Shown here one piece after another: positions 17,417-30,312 of a stretch of DNA of 64,000 bases. Under the pieces are notes generated by a model that searched no databases, had not been told where the DNA came from, and worked only from the letters and a program-made list of their open reading frames with translations. Source of the DNA: an uncultured delta proteobacterium (lineage in GTDB: Bacteria > Myxococcota > Kuafuiibacteriia > Kuafuiibacteriales > Kuafuiibacteriaceae). Where the stretch lies: contig CAWDML010000008.1 in NCBI GenBank assembly GCA_963803435.1, positions 32,001 to 96,000 of the forward strand, written 5' to 3'. Both the position numbers and the translations under genes were made by a program. Numbering within the stretch: the stretch's first letter is position 1; each line of letters begins with the position of its first letter.

Positions 17417-20400
17417 TCACAGTCGCGGCCGGACGGTCAGCCCGGTGAGGTGGGCGCCGTAGCGGACCTCCAGCTCGCCGAGCAGGTGTGAGCGTTCGCG
17501 CTGGAGCGTTCGGAGGCGAAGGATGTGGACGGCGTCGCCGGCGCCGATCGCGAGCCGGCGTCCCGAGCGGCTGAAAGCGAGCACGGTGGGCCGCTCGGCG
17601 GACTCGAGCGTCATCAGGAGCTGCCACGTGCGCGTGTCGTAGACGGAGACGCGGCGATCCGCGGCGACTCCGAAGCGCCGCCCGTCGGGAGAGAAGGCCA
17701 GGGCCCGGACGCGGCCTTCGAGCTCCAGGCGGTGGTCGAGTGACGACTGCTCGTTCCGCCAGAAGACGATCCGGCCTCGCGCGTCGGCGGCGGCAATCAG
17801 GGAACAATCCGGTGTCGCAGCTACCGCGGTGATGTCTTCGATCGGCGCGTGAAACACGTGGGCCGGCCTTTCGGCGTTCCGGGGCCAGACGCGGACCATC
17901 TCGTCGACGCCGCCCGAGATCAGGGTGTCCTTGGCGAATGCCACCGCCGTCACGCTGCCTTCGTGGCCGCGCAACTTAACTTGCACATTCTCCTCCGAGT
18001 CGAGCACGCGGATGACGTCTGCGGCGGGAACGGCCATCCGCGTCCAATCCGAGGTGAACGCGAGCAACCCTTCACCAGCCAGCCCCGGGACGTGGACCTC
18101 GTGGATCTCCTCGCCCGACTTCGCATCGAAAATCCGAAGCTGATCTCCGGCGGCGACGGCCAGGGCCTCGGTGTCCGCGGCGAAGCCCACGGCGCGCACC
18201 TCCCTCGCCAGCTCGAGGGCGAGGGGTGGTCGTCCCTTGGGGGCACGGAAGGCGCGGACAATCCGGTCGTCGGCGGCGGTAAAGAGGGTGACAGCGTCGG
18301 GCGAGAGGGCGAGCCCGCGGATCGAGCGCTCGTGGGCGATGAAGCGGCCGTCCAGCGCGCCACCCTCGAAGCGGCGCACGTGGCCGTCGGCGGCGGCGAC
18401 CAACACCGTCTTCCCCTCGAAGGCGAGGCCGGTCGGCGCGCCCGGGAGCGGCCCGATCGCGGACAGCGGCACGCCGGAGTCGGGGGACCAGATCCGGATC
18501 GTACGATCGACGCCGGCGGTTCCGAAGGTCCCGTCGCTCGCAAAGGCGAGGGCGGTGATCTCACCGCCGTGCGCCCGTGCCGCTCCGATGGTCTGCAGCG
18601 AGTCGCTCGATCTGCGATACAGGTTGCCTTCGGCGTCGGCGAACACCAGGACGTCGCCCTGCGGAGAGTAGGCGAGACGGTCGACGGGCCCGGTCCCCTT
18701 CCAGGCGATCGATCCGTCGCCCCACAGTCGCACGGTGCCATCCGCGCCCGAGCTCGCCAGCACGCGGCCGTCGCGGGACCATGCCAGGGCGAGCACGGCG
18801 CCATCGTGACCTCGGTGTCGATCGACCACCTTGCGCTCGTCGCGATCCCAGACCGTGATCTCGCCGTCCCCACCACCGGCGAGTCGTGTCCCGTCGGGCG
18901 AGTACGCGAGCGAGTGCACCCAGCCGCCCTTCTTCTCCAGCCGTGCCAGCGCTTCGCCGGTGGAGCCACGCCGAGATCTGCACGCCCCAGCTGGTGGCGC
19001 AGGCGAGCTCGTCCGCCTTCGGATCGTGCGCGAGGGCCGCGCAGCCGGCGTAGGTGCGCTCCTGCCAGGCGAGCTCGGGGGCCCAGGCCCCATCAATCGA
19101 CGCCAGCAGGCCCCGCGCCTCCGGGTGCTCAGCCTGCTCGAGGGCGGCGCCCGCTTCGAGCGCGACCCCAATCCAGTCCTTCTCGCGCTCGAGGACGCGC
19201 CCCTTCTCCACGAAGGCGTCCGCGAGGTTCTTCCGGCTCGACTGCTCGGCGGCGAGAGCCCGGTCGCGCTCGCCGAGCAGCTGGACGTAGGCCGCACCGA
19301 GGACAATCAGGAGCGCGAGCACCGCCATCACCGAGACGGCGATGACCGGCCGGTTGCGCTCGACGAATCGCTTCAAGAGCTCGAGGCTCGAGTACTCGTA
19401 GACCTCGACCTTCGCGCCCGATCGGTAGGCCTCAATCTCCTCCGCCAGCTCTCTCGCGCTCTGGTAGCGGTTCCGAGGATCAAAGCGCAGGGCGTGCTCG
19501 GCGACCGCCGCCAGCTCGCGCGGCGCCTCGGGACAGACCTGCGCGATCGGCTCGTACTCGCCGCGCATCACCTTGAAGAGGAGCGCCGGCAGGTTCTTGC
19601 CGTTGAACGGGAGCTTGCCGGTCAGGATCTGGTAGAGGACCACGCCCAGGCTCCAGACGTCGGAGCGCTCGTCGATGTCGTCGATCCGGCCCTCCGCCTG
19701 CTCCGGGCTCATGTACGCGGGCGTCCCGAACGCGGCGCCCGGCATCGTCCGCGCGGAGTTCTCCTCGTCCTGGAGGACCTGGATCGAACGCGCGAGATCC
19801 CGGCCGCGGACATCCTCCTTGCCCCGCACCTTGGCGACGCCCCAGTCGAGCACGACGGTCTCGCCGAACTCTCCGATCATCACGTTATCGGGCTTGATGT
19901 CGCGGTGGATCACGCCGCGGCTGTGCGCGTAGGCGATCGCGTTGCAGAGGTCGACGAAGTGCCCGAGCAGCCACAGCCGATCGCGGGAGATCGTGCGCCT
20001 CGCCGAGCGCGCTCTTCAGCGTACGCCCGCGGACGTACTTCATCGTGTAGTAGAGCGTGGTGTCGTGGCGCCGGCCCAGCTCGTAGACAGGCACGATGTT
20101 CGGGATGCTCGAGCTGCGCGGTGACGCGAGCCTCGAGGAGGAATCGGACCAGCGACTCCCCGGTCTCGCGCGGGGTTCGTCCGGCGCTGCTCGCGGTCCG
20201 CTCGGGCAGCAGCTCCTTGACCGCCACCTCGCGGCCCAGGTGCACGTCGAAGGCGCCCAGTACGCGCCCGAGGCCGCCCCGCCCGAATCTCCTTCTTGGC
20301 GTACTGATAGCGGCCGTCGTGCTCGGTGGTGACCGGGGCGTCGTCGAGCACCGGCGGCGCATGCGGCTCGCTCTCCGCGCGATGGCTGGAGATGACGGTG

Positions 20401-20486
20401 TCGAGCAGGCCGTGCTGATCCTCCGTCAGCTCGGAGGCCGCCTCCGGCCGCGCCGGCCGATCGTCCTTGGTATCGTCGAGCGACAC
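17417..20486 (-). pseudogene. Ser/Thr protein kinase + TM + WD40 repeats, split by about 4 frameshifts
   Basis: GRGGLGRV, VAVKE, HRDIKPDNV, LDWG, GTPAYMSPEQ and WD40 repeats are spread over successive frames; shifts near 20285, 20103, 19985 and 18965. May be an intact gene with sequencing indels. Confidence 0.8.
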
Positions 20487-20488
20487 GC

Positions 20489-22222
20489 TTAGTTCGAAGT
20501 GCAGGCGCCGACGATCTGGCTCGCGATCGGAGTCCCGATCGGCTCGCACTTCCCTCCCAGCGGGAGGATGGCACAGTCCGCGTCGGAGCAGCAGAGCGTG
20601 CTACACACGTTGGCGATACAGACCTCGCTCTCGCAGTCGGAGCCGATGGTGCAGGCGGCGCCCAGGACGGCGGTGCCGGCCCCGGCGTTCCGGTTGGCAC
20701 AGATCTTCACGATCGTGTTCGCATCGACGTCGTACAGCCCGCAGCTCTGGGCCGCCGGACAGTCGGCGTCCGAGCAGCAGTGCGCGGCACACAGCCCGCT
20801 GTAGCGGTTGCAGATGCCGCTCCGGCAGTTGTCGTTCGTGGTGCAGACGACACCGGTGATGTTGAGCGTGGGCTGCTGGAAGCAGAGGTGATCGTAGGCC
20901 GGCGTGCCCGCGTTGTCCTGCGTGTACATCCAGCAGTTTCCGCCGTAGCTGGCGCAGTCGGAGTCGCGCGAGCACGTCTCGATGCACTGGTTGGTTCCCG
21001 TGTTGCACCAGAAGCTCTGGCAGGTGTTGACCGTGGTCGAGCAGGCGCCGCCCGCCGGAGTGTCGAACGTGGCGGGCGGCGTGAACACATTCTCGGAGAG
21101 GCAGAAACCCATGCCGCTGACGGCGATGCACGAGTAGTCGAGCGGACACTGGCTGGAGGCGCCGCAGGGGTTCGTGCAGACCTGGATCGACTGCGTGTCG
21201 ATGGTCAGGCCCAGGCAGATTCCGGCGGCGCACTGCTCATCGAAGATGCAGGTCTGATCGCCGAGCGGAAGATCGCCGGGCAGACAGCGCCCGTCGTTCG
21301 GGTTGCAGACGCCGGCTCCGCAGTCGAGCCCACCTGCCTGATCGCAGCGGAGCAGGCAGACGTTGTTCACGCAGATCTCATTGGCGCCCGTGCATTGCGA
21401 ATCGAGCTGGCAGCTGGGCGGCGGGAGGCAGCGCCCGCTGGCCGGGTCGCACATCGGCGTGGCGCCGGTGCACTGGATCCCGCCGGTGGAGCCGCACCCC
21501 GGCACACACTGCGTCGACTCGCAGACCGTCATGGGCGGGTGGCAGCCGGTGTCGTCGGCGCACGGCTCGGGGGCCGGGACGCAGCGTCCGGTGTTGGTGT
21601 CGCAGACCTCTGTTCCGGGCGCACAGCGCGTGGGATCGGCGCCGCAGCCCAGGACACACTCTTGGTTGATACAGATCTGCGACGGGGGGCCGGGCACGCA
21701 CTCCGCGTCGAGCGTACAGCTCCCGTTGGTCCCGGCGCAGTGGCCGGTGGCCGCATCGCACTGCGTGCCGCCGGTGCAGATGAGGCCGCCGGGCTGGTTG
21801 CAACCCTTCACGCACTGGTTGGCCATGCAGATGTTCGCCGGCGCGCCTCCGCACTGATCGTCGCGCGTGCAGCCGCTCGTGGTGCTGGTGCCGGTGTCGG
21901 TCAGCCCGGCGTCCTTCGTCGGCGGTACGCCGCTGTCGCCGGCCTCGATCGTCTTGCATTGGCGGTCGGCCTGATCGCACCACTGCCCGACCATGCACTC
22001 GTCGTCCGTATCGCAACCCGTCTTGCTTCCGGCCGTGCAGGTGCCGGCGACGCACACCTCGCCCGCGACGCAGTTCCGTGTGCTCTGACACGGACCGCCG
22101 GGCGTTGGACTTCGCGAGCACGCGCCCGCAGCCAGCGAGGCCAGAAGTCCCAAAAATCTGGCGCCCTTGCGCACTCCTTCCAGCATACACCGCCGGGCCC
22201 CGATGACGGAGCGCCCCCCCAT
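20489..22222 (-). CDS. Cys-rich repeat lipoprotein (myxobacterial type)
   Basis: LAAGAC lipobox and many C..D.DC.....C....C repeats. True start probably at about 22186 or 22174. Confidence 0.8.
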   Translation of the reverse strand: MGGRSVIGARRCMLEGVRKGARFLGLLASLAAGACSRSPTPGGPCQSTRNCVAGEVCVAGTCTAGSKTGCDTDDECMVGQWCDQADRQCKTIEAGDSGVPPTKDAGLTDTGTSTTSGCTRDDQCGGAPANICMANQCVKGCNQPGGLICTGGTQCDAATGHCAGTNGSCTLDAECVPGPPSQICINQECVLGCGADPTRCAPGTEVCDTNTGRCVPAPEPCADDTGCHPPMTVCESTQCVPGCGSTGGIQCTGATPMCDPASGRCLPPPSCQLDSQCTGANEICVNNVCLLRCDQAGGLDCGAGVCNPNDGRCLPGDLPLGDQTCIFDEQCAAGICLGLTIDTQSIQVCTNPCGASSQCPLDYSCIAVSGMGFCLSENVFTPPATFDTPAGGACSTTVNTCQSFWCNTGTNQCIETCSRDSDCASYGGNCWMYTQDNAGTPAYDHLCFQQPTLNITGVVCTTNDNCRSGICNRYSGLCAAHCCSDADCPAAQSCGLYDVDANTIVKICANRNAGAGTAVLGAACTIGSDCESEVCIANVCSTLCCSDADCAILPLGGKCEPIGTPIASQIVGACTSN

Positions 22223-22227
22223 AGGTC

Positions 22228-22872
22228 ATGCTTCCGAGGATGCAACGGCGAGCGATCATGGTGCTTTGCGCGATGCTCGCGTCGTCCGCGGCCTCGGAGG
22301 CCCGGGCCTCCAACGCCAAGGCGGAAGTGGTGCTCGAGATCGAGCGGATCGAAACGACCATCAAGGCCACCCGCTGGAATCTCAACACGCTGGAGGAGAA
22401 GAAGAAGCTGCAGAACGATCTGCGGCTCCTCCGGATCCTCTACGACCGGATCGTGGACTACGAGGCCGAGCTGATGGCGTTCCCCTGCGCCGGCGCAGTC
22501 ATCGACAACGAAGGGGGCCCGCCGATCTCTACCGAAGAGTCCGACATGGCCGGGCTCTTGTCCCAGCAACAGATCACCGCCGCGCAGATCGCGGCCGCGC
22601 AGAACGCGCCACCCCCGGCGCCGCCGCCCGGCGGAGGCGGCGACAACCTCGCGCCTCCGCCGGGGCGCGGCCTGAGGTTCGGTGGCGGGATGGGCTTCGT
22701 CCGCACGATCACCGACGTCGAGGTCCAGCTCCTGGCCGGGCTGGTGTTCATCGACGACAAGCTCGACCACGGGGACTGGAACCTCAACAACCTCGAGGAG
22801 AAGAAGAAGCTGATGAACGAGCGCGACAACATCAAGGCTGGCCTTCGCAGGATCCGCAACAGCCGCTGCTGA
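22228..22872 (+). CDS. Secreted helical protein with internal duplication
   Basis: Signal peptide (ASEARA). WNLNTLEEKKKL and WNLNNLEEKKKL repeats flank a Pro/Gly linker. Confidence 0.7.
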   Translation: MLPRMQRRAIMVLCAMLASSAASEARASNAKAEVVLEIERIETTIKATRWNLNTLEEKKKLQNDLRLLRILYDRIVDYEAELMAFPCAGAVIDNEGGPPISTEESDMAGLLSQQQITAAQIAAAQNAPPPAPPPGGGGDNLAPPPGRGLRFGGGMGFVRTITDVEVQLLAGLVFIDDKLDHGDWNLNNLEEKKKLMNERDNIKAGLRRIRNSRC

Positions 22873-22888
22873 CTCGCCAGAGCCCGTT

Positions 22889-24877
22889 TCAACGAAACAG
22901 ATCGAGATCGAAGCCCATCACGCGGGCACCGTCGTCCGTGGTCGAGATCTCGAGGTCGAGCGTGGGGCTTCCGGTGCTCGTCAACGTGAATGGGCGGTTC
23001 TTGAGCCCGCGCAGGGCCTCCGTCTTCGCGTCCAAGACCACGCGATCGCCCTGGCGAAGGACCAGCAGGACCGGTGCCTGGTTCGTGCTCTGATGGGCCG
23101 CGTCGCTCAACCCATAGTGCAGCAAGCCGCGCCGCGCGGCCGGGATCGTCATGTGCGCCACCACGCGGGCCCCGGCGATCGGGTGGAAGAAGAGGACCGG
23201 CTCAGGCCGCCCGTTCATCTCCAGGGCGTCCGGGATCAGGTGCTGCCAGGGCTGATCGCCGTAGCGGCACTCGGGGCCGGCGGCGGCTTTGCAAGTCGAC
23301 TTGCCTTCGACCTCGATCGAGCGCCACTGCTCCGAGGCCCGGTACACCAGGTCCGGCGGGCGCGGGCGGGTATGCTCGCCGCGCTTCACCAGCACCGGAC
23401 CGAAGAGACGCGCGCCCTCCGGTACCGGGCCTTCGTGCCGACTCCCGTTCTCGACGCGCCAGCGGACGAGGGCACCGCGCTGCATGGGGAGATCGCGGCC
23501 GTACACGCCGCGCGCGATCAGGCTCCACGCGTAGCCGTTGTTGAAGTGCTCGAACTGAACGTCCACAGGACGCCCCTCGGCGAGCGCTTCGCCGACCATG
23601 TCGACGGTGATCGCGAGGCCGTTGAGCCCGTCGACGTCACGGTAGTAGCGGAACACGTTGGTCAGCATCGCCGCTGCCGACACCGCCGCCAGGCTGATCA
23701 CGAGCGGCCGTAGCCGGGAGCGGCGGGCGATGTCGAAGCCGAGGGCCAGCGGCCACAGGAGCATCGGCATCAGCACGTTGGCGTAGTGGGGAAAGTAGCC
23801 CTTCTTCGCCGGCACCAGGAGCGCGATCCCGCCGGCCAGCCCCGCCAGCAGTCCCAGGAAGACCACGTCCTCGAGGCGGAGCGCCTCCCGCCGGCGCGTG
23901 CGGACCGCCGCCCCGACGTGCCTCGAGAGACCGATCAGCGCGGCGATCCAGAGCGCGAGCGAGAGCGCGATCGAGAGGATCGTGAGCGTTGCGATCGCGG
24001 GGCCCTCGTGGTCGAGCCAGCGGGTCCATCCGGCGACCGTCGCGTAGCGTGCGAGGTCGTCGTAGCCCCCCCAGTATCCACGACCGAAGTGATAGGACAG
24101 CTCGGCCGATCCGTAGAAGATAGCGTAGCCGATCATCTCGAGCGGGATCAGCACTACCTTGGACCACGGCTCCTGCCCGCCGGCCTTGGCGAAGATCATC
24201 CGGGTGTTGGAGAAGCCGCTCGCCAGCTCGGCGATCCCCATCGGCGCGTACGCGATCACGACGATCGCCAGCGCCGCGAGGACGGCCCGACGGTTCCAGC
24301 GCCCGGGCGGCCGGAGGAGCACGATGGTACCGCAGGCGATCCAGAGGACGGGCGAGGAGAGGTGGAGCTGGGGAAGGACCAGGTTGATCGCGATCAGCAC
24401 CGTCTGCCAGCGGCCGCTGTCCCGCGCGCGTACGGCTGCGTAGATCGCGATCGATCCCAGGATGGGAACGACGCAGCTGCCCCAGATCCGATCGGAGTAC
24501 AACACGTCCCACGGCGTGATGACGGCGAACGCGAGCCCCACGAGCGCGGTGGTGGGGCCGCGCGTCTCTTCGAGGAGGAGGTAGAGGAGCCAGGCCGCCA
24601 GGAGGTGACCTACGATCACCATGACGGCGCCGAACCGCGGCGAGGCCCCGAGCAGCTGGGGGACCGCCATCAGGTAATAGTAGAGGGCGCCGGGCAGGTG
24701 GGCGGCGGAGCCGGTGATCTCGGGCCCGTAGACGGGGAAGGTCTCGAAGCGGGCGAGCTGGCGCGACACGAACCAGTAGTGGCTCTCGTCGCCGGTGAAG
24801 CGGGCGTTTCCGGAGGCCCAGAAGCGGATCAGAAAACCGAGCGCGATGAGGAGGAGCGCTCTGATTCGGGCCGTCAT
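22889..24877 (-). CDS. GT-C membrane glycosyltransferase (ArnT/PMT-like) with C-terminal periplasmic domain
   Basis: FTGDESHY, PVYGPEIT...PGALYYYLMA, YSDRIWG, QLHLS; multiple TM helices. ATG at 24877 overlaps upstream TGA. Confidence 0.75.
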   Translation of the reverse strand: MTARIRALLLIALGFLIRFWASGNARFTGDESHYWFVSRQLARFETFPVYGPEITGSAAHLPGALYYYLMAVPQLLGASPRFGAVMVIVGHLLAAWLLYLLLEETRGPTTALVGLAFAVITPWDVLYSDRIWGSCVVPILGSIAIYAAVRARDSGRWQTVLIAINLVLPQLHLSSPVLWIACGTIVLLRPPGRWNRRAVLAALAIVVIAYAPMGIAELASGFSNTRMIFAKAGGQEPWSKVVLIPLEMIGYAIFYGSAELSYHFGRGYWGGYDDLARYATVAGWTRWLDHEGPAIATLTILSIALSLALWIAALIGLSRHVGAAVRTRRREALRLEDVVFLGLLAGLAGGIALLVPAKKGYFPHYANVLMPMLLWPLALGFDIARRSRLRPLVISLAAVSAAAMLTNVFRYYRDVDGLNGLAITVDMVGEALAEGRPVDVQFEHFNNGYAWSLIARGVYGRDLPMQRGALVRWRVENGSRHEGPVPEGARLFGPVLVKRGEHTRPRPPDLVYRASEQWRSIEVEGKSTCKAAAGPECRYGDQPWQHLIPDALEMNGRPEPVLFFHPIAGARVVAHMTIPAARRGLLHYGLSDAAHQSTNQAPVLLVLRQGDRVVLDAKTEALRGLKNRPFTLTSTGSPTLDLEISTTDDGARVMGFDLDLFR

Positions 24878-25473
24878 GTCGGCGGCTTCTTGAGCGTGAA
24901 CTCGATCTCCTCGAAGCCGCCGACGTAGTAGCACCACAAGCGGGAGCAGACGAGCGGCGAAAGATTGGCGAACGCGTCGATGACACGGCCGGCGGCGCGC
25001 CCCACCTCGTAGAGCGGCCGCGGCAGCACGCTCCGCTTCAGGTAAGGCTGCGCGAACCAGCGCAGGCGGACGCCCTCGTTGAGGAAGTGCGTGCCGGTGT
25101 AGCCGCCGGGGAAGTTGGGATCGAAGTAGTAGGGGAAGGTGGCGTCGAAGCCCCGCCGGTGCTCCGGATGCGAGAAGCCGCGTGAGAAGTGCGGCACGCG
25201 GATGACCAGCGTCCCGCCGGGGCTGAGGAGGCGATGGATCTCGGCCATCGTGCCGAAGACGTCGGGGAGGTGCTCGATGACGTGGTCGGCCTCGATGACC
25301 TCGAACTGGCTGTCGTCGAAGGGATACGGACGGACCGCGAGATCGTGCACGACGTCGACGCCCGGCGCGCGCGCCCAGTCCACGTTGATGAAGCCGGGCT
25401 TGGGAAAGCGCCCGCAGCCGAGGTTCAGCTGCTTCGAGCGGCCCACCGGCGCGGCGCGGACGGACGCGATCAT
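24874..25473 (-). CDS. Class I SAM-dependent methyltransferase
   Basis: LNLGCG, DVVHDL, HVIEHL, EIHRLLSPGG...IRVPHF. Confidence 0.88.
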   Translation of the reverse strand: MIASVRAAPVGRSKQLNLGCGRFPKPGFINVDWARAPGVDVVHDLAVRPYPFDDSQFEVIEADHVIEHLPDVFGTMAEIHRLLSPGGTLVIRVPHFSRGFSHPEHRRGFDATFPYYFDPNFPGGYTGTHFLNEGVRLRWFAQPYLKRSVLPRPLYEVGRAAGRVIDAFANLSPLVCSRLWCYYVGGFEEIEFTLKKPPT

Positions 25474-25504
25474 CGTCTCCTCATCGCGTCGGGAGCGTCC
25501 CGGG

Positions 25505-26320
25505 TCAAGGGCCGGGGGCGGGTCCGAGCTCCACCACCACCGGGTAGTGATCGCTCGACTGCGTCGCAATGCGCGCGCCCGATCGGGCGCGGGCTGCCAG
25601 CGCGGAGTCGACCAGCACGTAGTCGAGACGGAAGGCCCACCGGTCCGCATGGAAGGTCGGGCCCTCGTCGAAGCGGCCGATGAGATCGGTGAGCCCCAGG
25701 CGCGTCAGGCTCTTCGGTCCGGGCGCGGAGGGCGGTGCGTTGAGATCGCCCGCCACGATCAGCCGTCCCGGCACGCCCTCCAGCCGCCGCGAGAGCTGTC
25801 GCGCGCCGATCGCCGCCGACCAGGGCAGGTGGTCGAGGTGGACCGCGATCATGCGGAGCGGGTCGCCGTTCCACTCGAGGGTGGCGTCGATCGCGGACCT
25901 CGGGTTGCTGTCGAACAGCGCGGAGATCCGGATGCGGACGGCCGACCGGATCGGGATCCGCGAGAGCAGTGCGTTGCCGTAGTGCCCGCCCTCGAGCCGG
26001 ATCGCACCGCAAAACACGCTGCTCATCCCGAGCGCTTCGGCGAGGACCCGGGTCTGATCCACCCGCCCGCTGCGCTCCGACTCGTGGTCGATCTCCTGGA
26101 TCGCCACGACGTCCGGATCGATCCGGATCAGTTCCTCGGCGAGCCGCTCGATGGAGGACATCCAGCCGCCCATCAGGTTGTAGCTGGCGACCCGGAGGCG
26201 GTCAGCGCGAGGCTCGGTCGCCCGCCGCTCGATCCGCAGGAGGTCGCTCTCCTGGCGCCGGCCGCGGCGGAGGATCGACCGCGCCAGATCCGCCGAAGTC
26301 TTGAGCCAGAGATCGATCAC
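25505..26320 (-). CDS. Endonuclease/exonuclease/phosphatase family protein
   Basis: RVASYNL, DVVAIQEID, YGNALLSR, IVAGDLN, RLDYVL, SDHYPV. Confidence 0.9.
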   Translation of the reverse strand: MIDLWLKTSADLARSILRRGRRQESDLLRIERRATEPRADRLRVASYNLMGGWMSSIERLAEELIRIDPDVVAIQEIDHESERSGRVDQTRVLAEALGMSSVFCGAIRLEGGHYGNALLSRIPIRSAVRIRISALFDSNPRSAIDATLEWNGDPLRMIAVHLDHLPWSAAIGARQLSRRLEGVPGRLIVAGDLNAPPSAPGPKSLTRLGLTDLIGRFDEGPTFHADRWAFRLDYVLVDSALAARARSGARIATQSSDHYPVVVELGPAPGP

Positions 26321-26361
26321 TCGGCCGACGTTGTATCAGGGTGGTGGCGTTCGCCGAACTG

Positions 26362-27648
<1,287 letters not shown>

Positions 27649-27673
27649 AGGAAGGCGCAGGCTACAGTCGGTC

Positions 27674-28042
27674 TCACTTCACATCAATCGGCATCGTCTC
27701 TTCGTCGCCGGTGGTGCGGAGCGTGCTGTCCTCCAGATCAGCCCCGCGCGGGATGCGCGCGTCCCGCCCGCCGCCGAGGATGGGCGTCTCCTGGCTGGCG
27801 GAGATCGCGGCGAAGCCCGTCTTCTCGTCGAGCTCGATGGTGAAGATCGTCCCGTCGAAGCCGACCGTCTCCATGCGTGGGCCGCTCGCACCCATCGCCT
27901 CCCGGCAGCCGGGAACGATCAGCGCGGCTCCGCTCTCGTGCTCGATGTGCAGGCGAACGATCGGTGCACGAGCGCCGGCTCCCAGACCGCGGATCCGCAG
28001 TGTGATCCCCTCTCCCTGGTAGCGGCGCTCGGCGCTGCCCAT
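27674..28042 (-). CDS. Hypothetical protein (122 aa)
   Basis: ATG overlaps upstream TGA (MGSAERRYQGEGITLRIRG...); fills the gap in a minus-strand operon. Confidence 0.5.
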   Translation of the reverse strand: MGSAERRYQGEGITLRIRGLGAGARAPIVRLHIEHESGAALIVPGCREAMGASGPRMETVGFDGTIFTIELDEKTGFAAISASQETPILGGGRDARIPRGADLEDSTLRTTGDEETMPIDVK

Positions 28043-30227
28043 CAGGCCCCACCGAGATCGAGGAAGACCCGCTTCTTCTCGCCCTTCTTGAGCTTCACCA
28101 CCAGCTCGCCGTCGCGCTTGCCGGCCTTGAGCGTGACGTGATGATCGACGTTGGGCACGAGCGCTACCGGGCCGTCGCCGGTCCACCTGCCGGTGCTTTG
28201 ACCGTTCAGGAAGATCTCCGCCCGGGGCTCGCTGTCGATCGACACGAAGCCCATCTGACCCTTTTTCGCCACGGCCCGGGAGATCTTCTTCGTCTCGCCC
28301 TTCTCGATCGTGACGACCTCCTCCACCGCGTCGCGGTCACGCCCGCTGATCCGCACCGTATGCTCTCCGGAGGCGACCTCCACGTCGATCGGGGTCTCGC
28401 CGACCTCGGCGCCGTCGACCTCCACGGTGAGCGACTCCGGCGTGCTCTCCACCGCGATCTTGCCGCCCTTGCCGCTGAGCCGGTCGTGCACCCGGGTGAT
28501 GAGCCCGTCGTCGTACTTGATCGCGTGCTTGACCGTGGTGTGTCCCGCCTTCTTCAGCTCGATGGAGTGCTCCTTGTCGTCGCGGTCGCGCTCGAGGGCC
28601 ATCGGGGTCACGTCGGACATCTCGAGGTCGTCGAAGTACACGGAGGCGCCGGGCGGATCCGTCGAGATCAGGACGGTCACCACGTTCTTCTTGGGCGCCT
28701 CCAGGCTGGCCAGCTCCATCTCGCGGAACGTTCGCTGGCGGGAGAGCTGGCTCCCGCGATAGATGCCGATTCCCGCCCCGATGACGCCCGTGAAGGCGAT
28801 CAGGAGCGTCGACCAGACGAGCGTGCGGCGGCCTCCGGTCTGATGGAGCCGGTGCAGCTGCGTGAGTCCAGGGCGAAGCTCCTTCCGGCCCACGGGCTTC
28901 TTCGGCGTGTCCTTGAGCTGCTTGCCCTTCTTCTTGGGCTCGGGCGGTGCGTCGCTGCCGGCCTGCGCCTTGATCCGCGCCGGCTTCTTCTCGCGCTTCT
29001 CGACCTCCTTCGACGCCCGCTTCTCCGGGGCCGGCTTCGGCGGTGAGGTCGGCCTGCGCTGGACCGGCTCGACCGTCGGCTCGGGGGCCGGCTTGGCCGC
29101 CACGCCCTTGGCCTGGGTCGCCTTGCGCTTGAGCCGGGCCGCAGCGTCCTTGCCAATCTCGTCCTTGGGATCCGGGGGGGCTCCGCGGCGGGCGTCGGAT
29201 CCTTCTTGGGCACCGACGCATGCACCGCTCGATCGACGGCCGACTTCGGCGGCGGTCCGACGACCGACGAGAGCGACAGCACGCCGGTGGAGGCGCCCGG
29301 CTCCCGCTCCTGGTCGTTGGAGAACAGCTCCCGCATGAACTGTCCAAGATCGTCGGCGGTCGAAACGTGACCGGTCCCCGTCGCGAACTTGGCGAGCGCG
29401 CGCTCGAGCTCCATCGCGTCCTGAAAGCGATCCTTGGTCTCGCGCGAGAGGGACTTGAGGACGATCGCCTCGAGCTCCTTCGGGATGTTCTTGTTGATCT
29501 TGGTGGGTGCCGTCACCTCCGCGTTGCGCATCAGGTTGAGCGTGGAGAAGTCGCTCGAGCCCGCGAAGCAGCGCTCTCCGACCAGCAGCTCGTACAGCAC
29601 GATGCCCGAGTTGAAGATGTCGCTCCGGTGATCGAGCGGCTGGCCGCGCGCCTGCTCCGGCGACATGTACCCGTATTTGCCTTTCAGGATCCCGACCGCC
29701 GTCTTGTTCATGATCGACGACGCCTTCGCGATCCCGAAGTCGGTGAGCTTGACCTCGCCCATGAAGGAGACGAGGACGTTGTGAGGGCTGACGTCGCGAT
29801 GAATGATGTTGAGGTTCGCCCCGGAGGCCTCGGTCTTGGAGTGTGCGTAGTAGAGCGCCTTGCAGGCCTCCCGCACCACGAAGACGGCGATGTCGGGCGG
29901 CACCTCTCGGCCCGCGAGCTGTGCGGCGCGAATGACGTCCGACAGATCCTTACCGTGGACGTACTCCATGACGATGAAGTACTCGCCGCTCGCCGAGACG
30001 CAGAGGTCGTGAACCTGGACGATGTTGGCGTAGTTGAGCGTCGCCGCCAGCTTCGCCTCGTTGATGAACATCGTGACGAACGATTCGTCCTCCGTCAGGT
30101 GCGGCAAGATCTTCTTGACGCAGACCTCCTTCTCAAAACCCTGAAACCCAACGGTCTTCGCCTTGTAGACCTCGGCCATGCCGCCCTTTGCGATCATCTC
30201 GAGGATCTCGAACTTCTTCAGTGACAC
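28042..30227 (-). CDS. Ser/Thr protein kinase with TM and PEGA domains; one frameshift at G7 tract 29174-29180
   Basis: IAKGGMAEVY, HRDVSPHNVL, DFGIAK, GKYGYMSPEQ. Removing one base of the G7 joins EPPDPKDEIGK to the TM + ISTDPPGASV/VESTP PEGA ORF (28042-29103). Confidence 0.85.
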
Positions 30228-30312
30228 TGAGACTTCGAATTATCTCGGACCCTTCCCTTGGGTTCAACACGCCGGTAGCATTCGGCGGAAACGCGTGACG
30301 AAACCGACCGCG

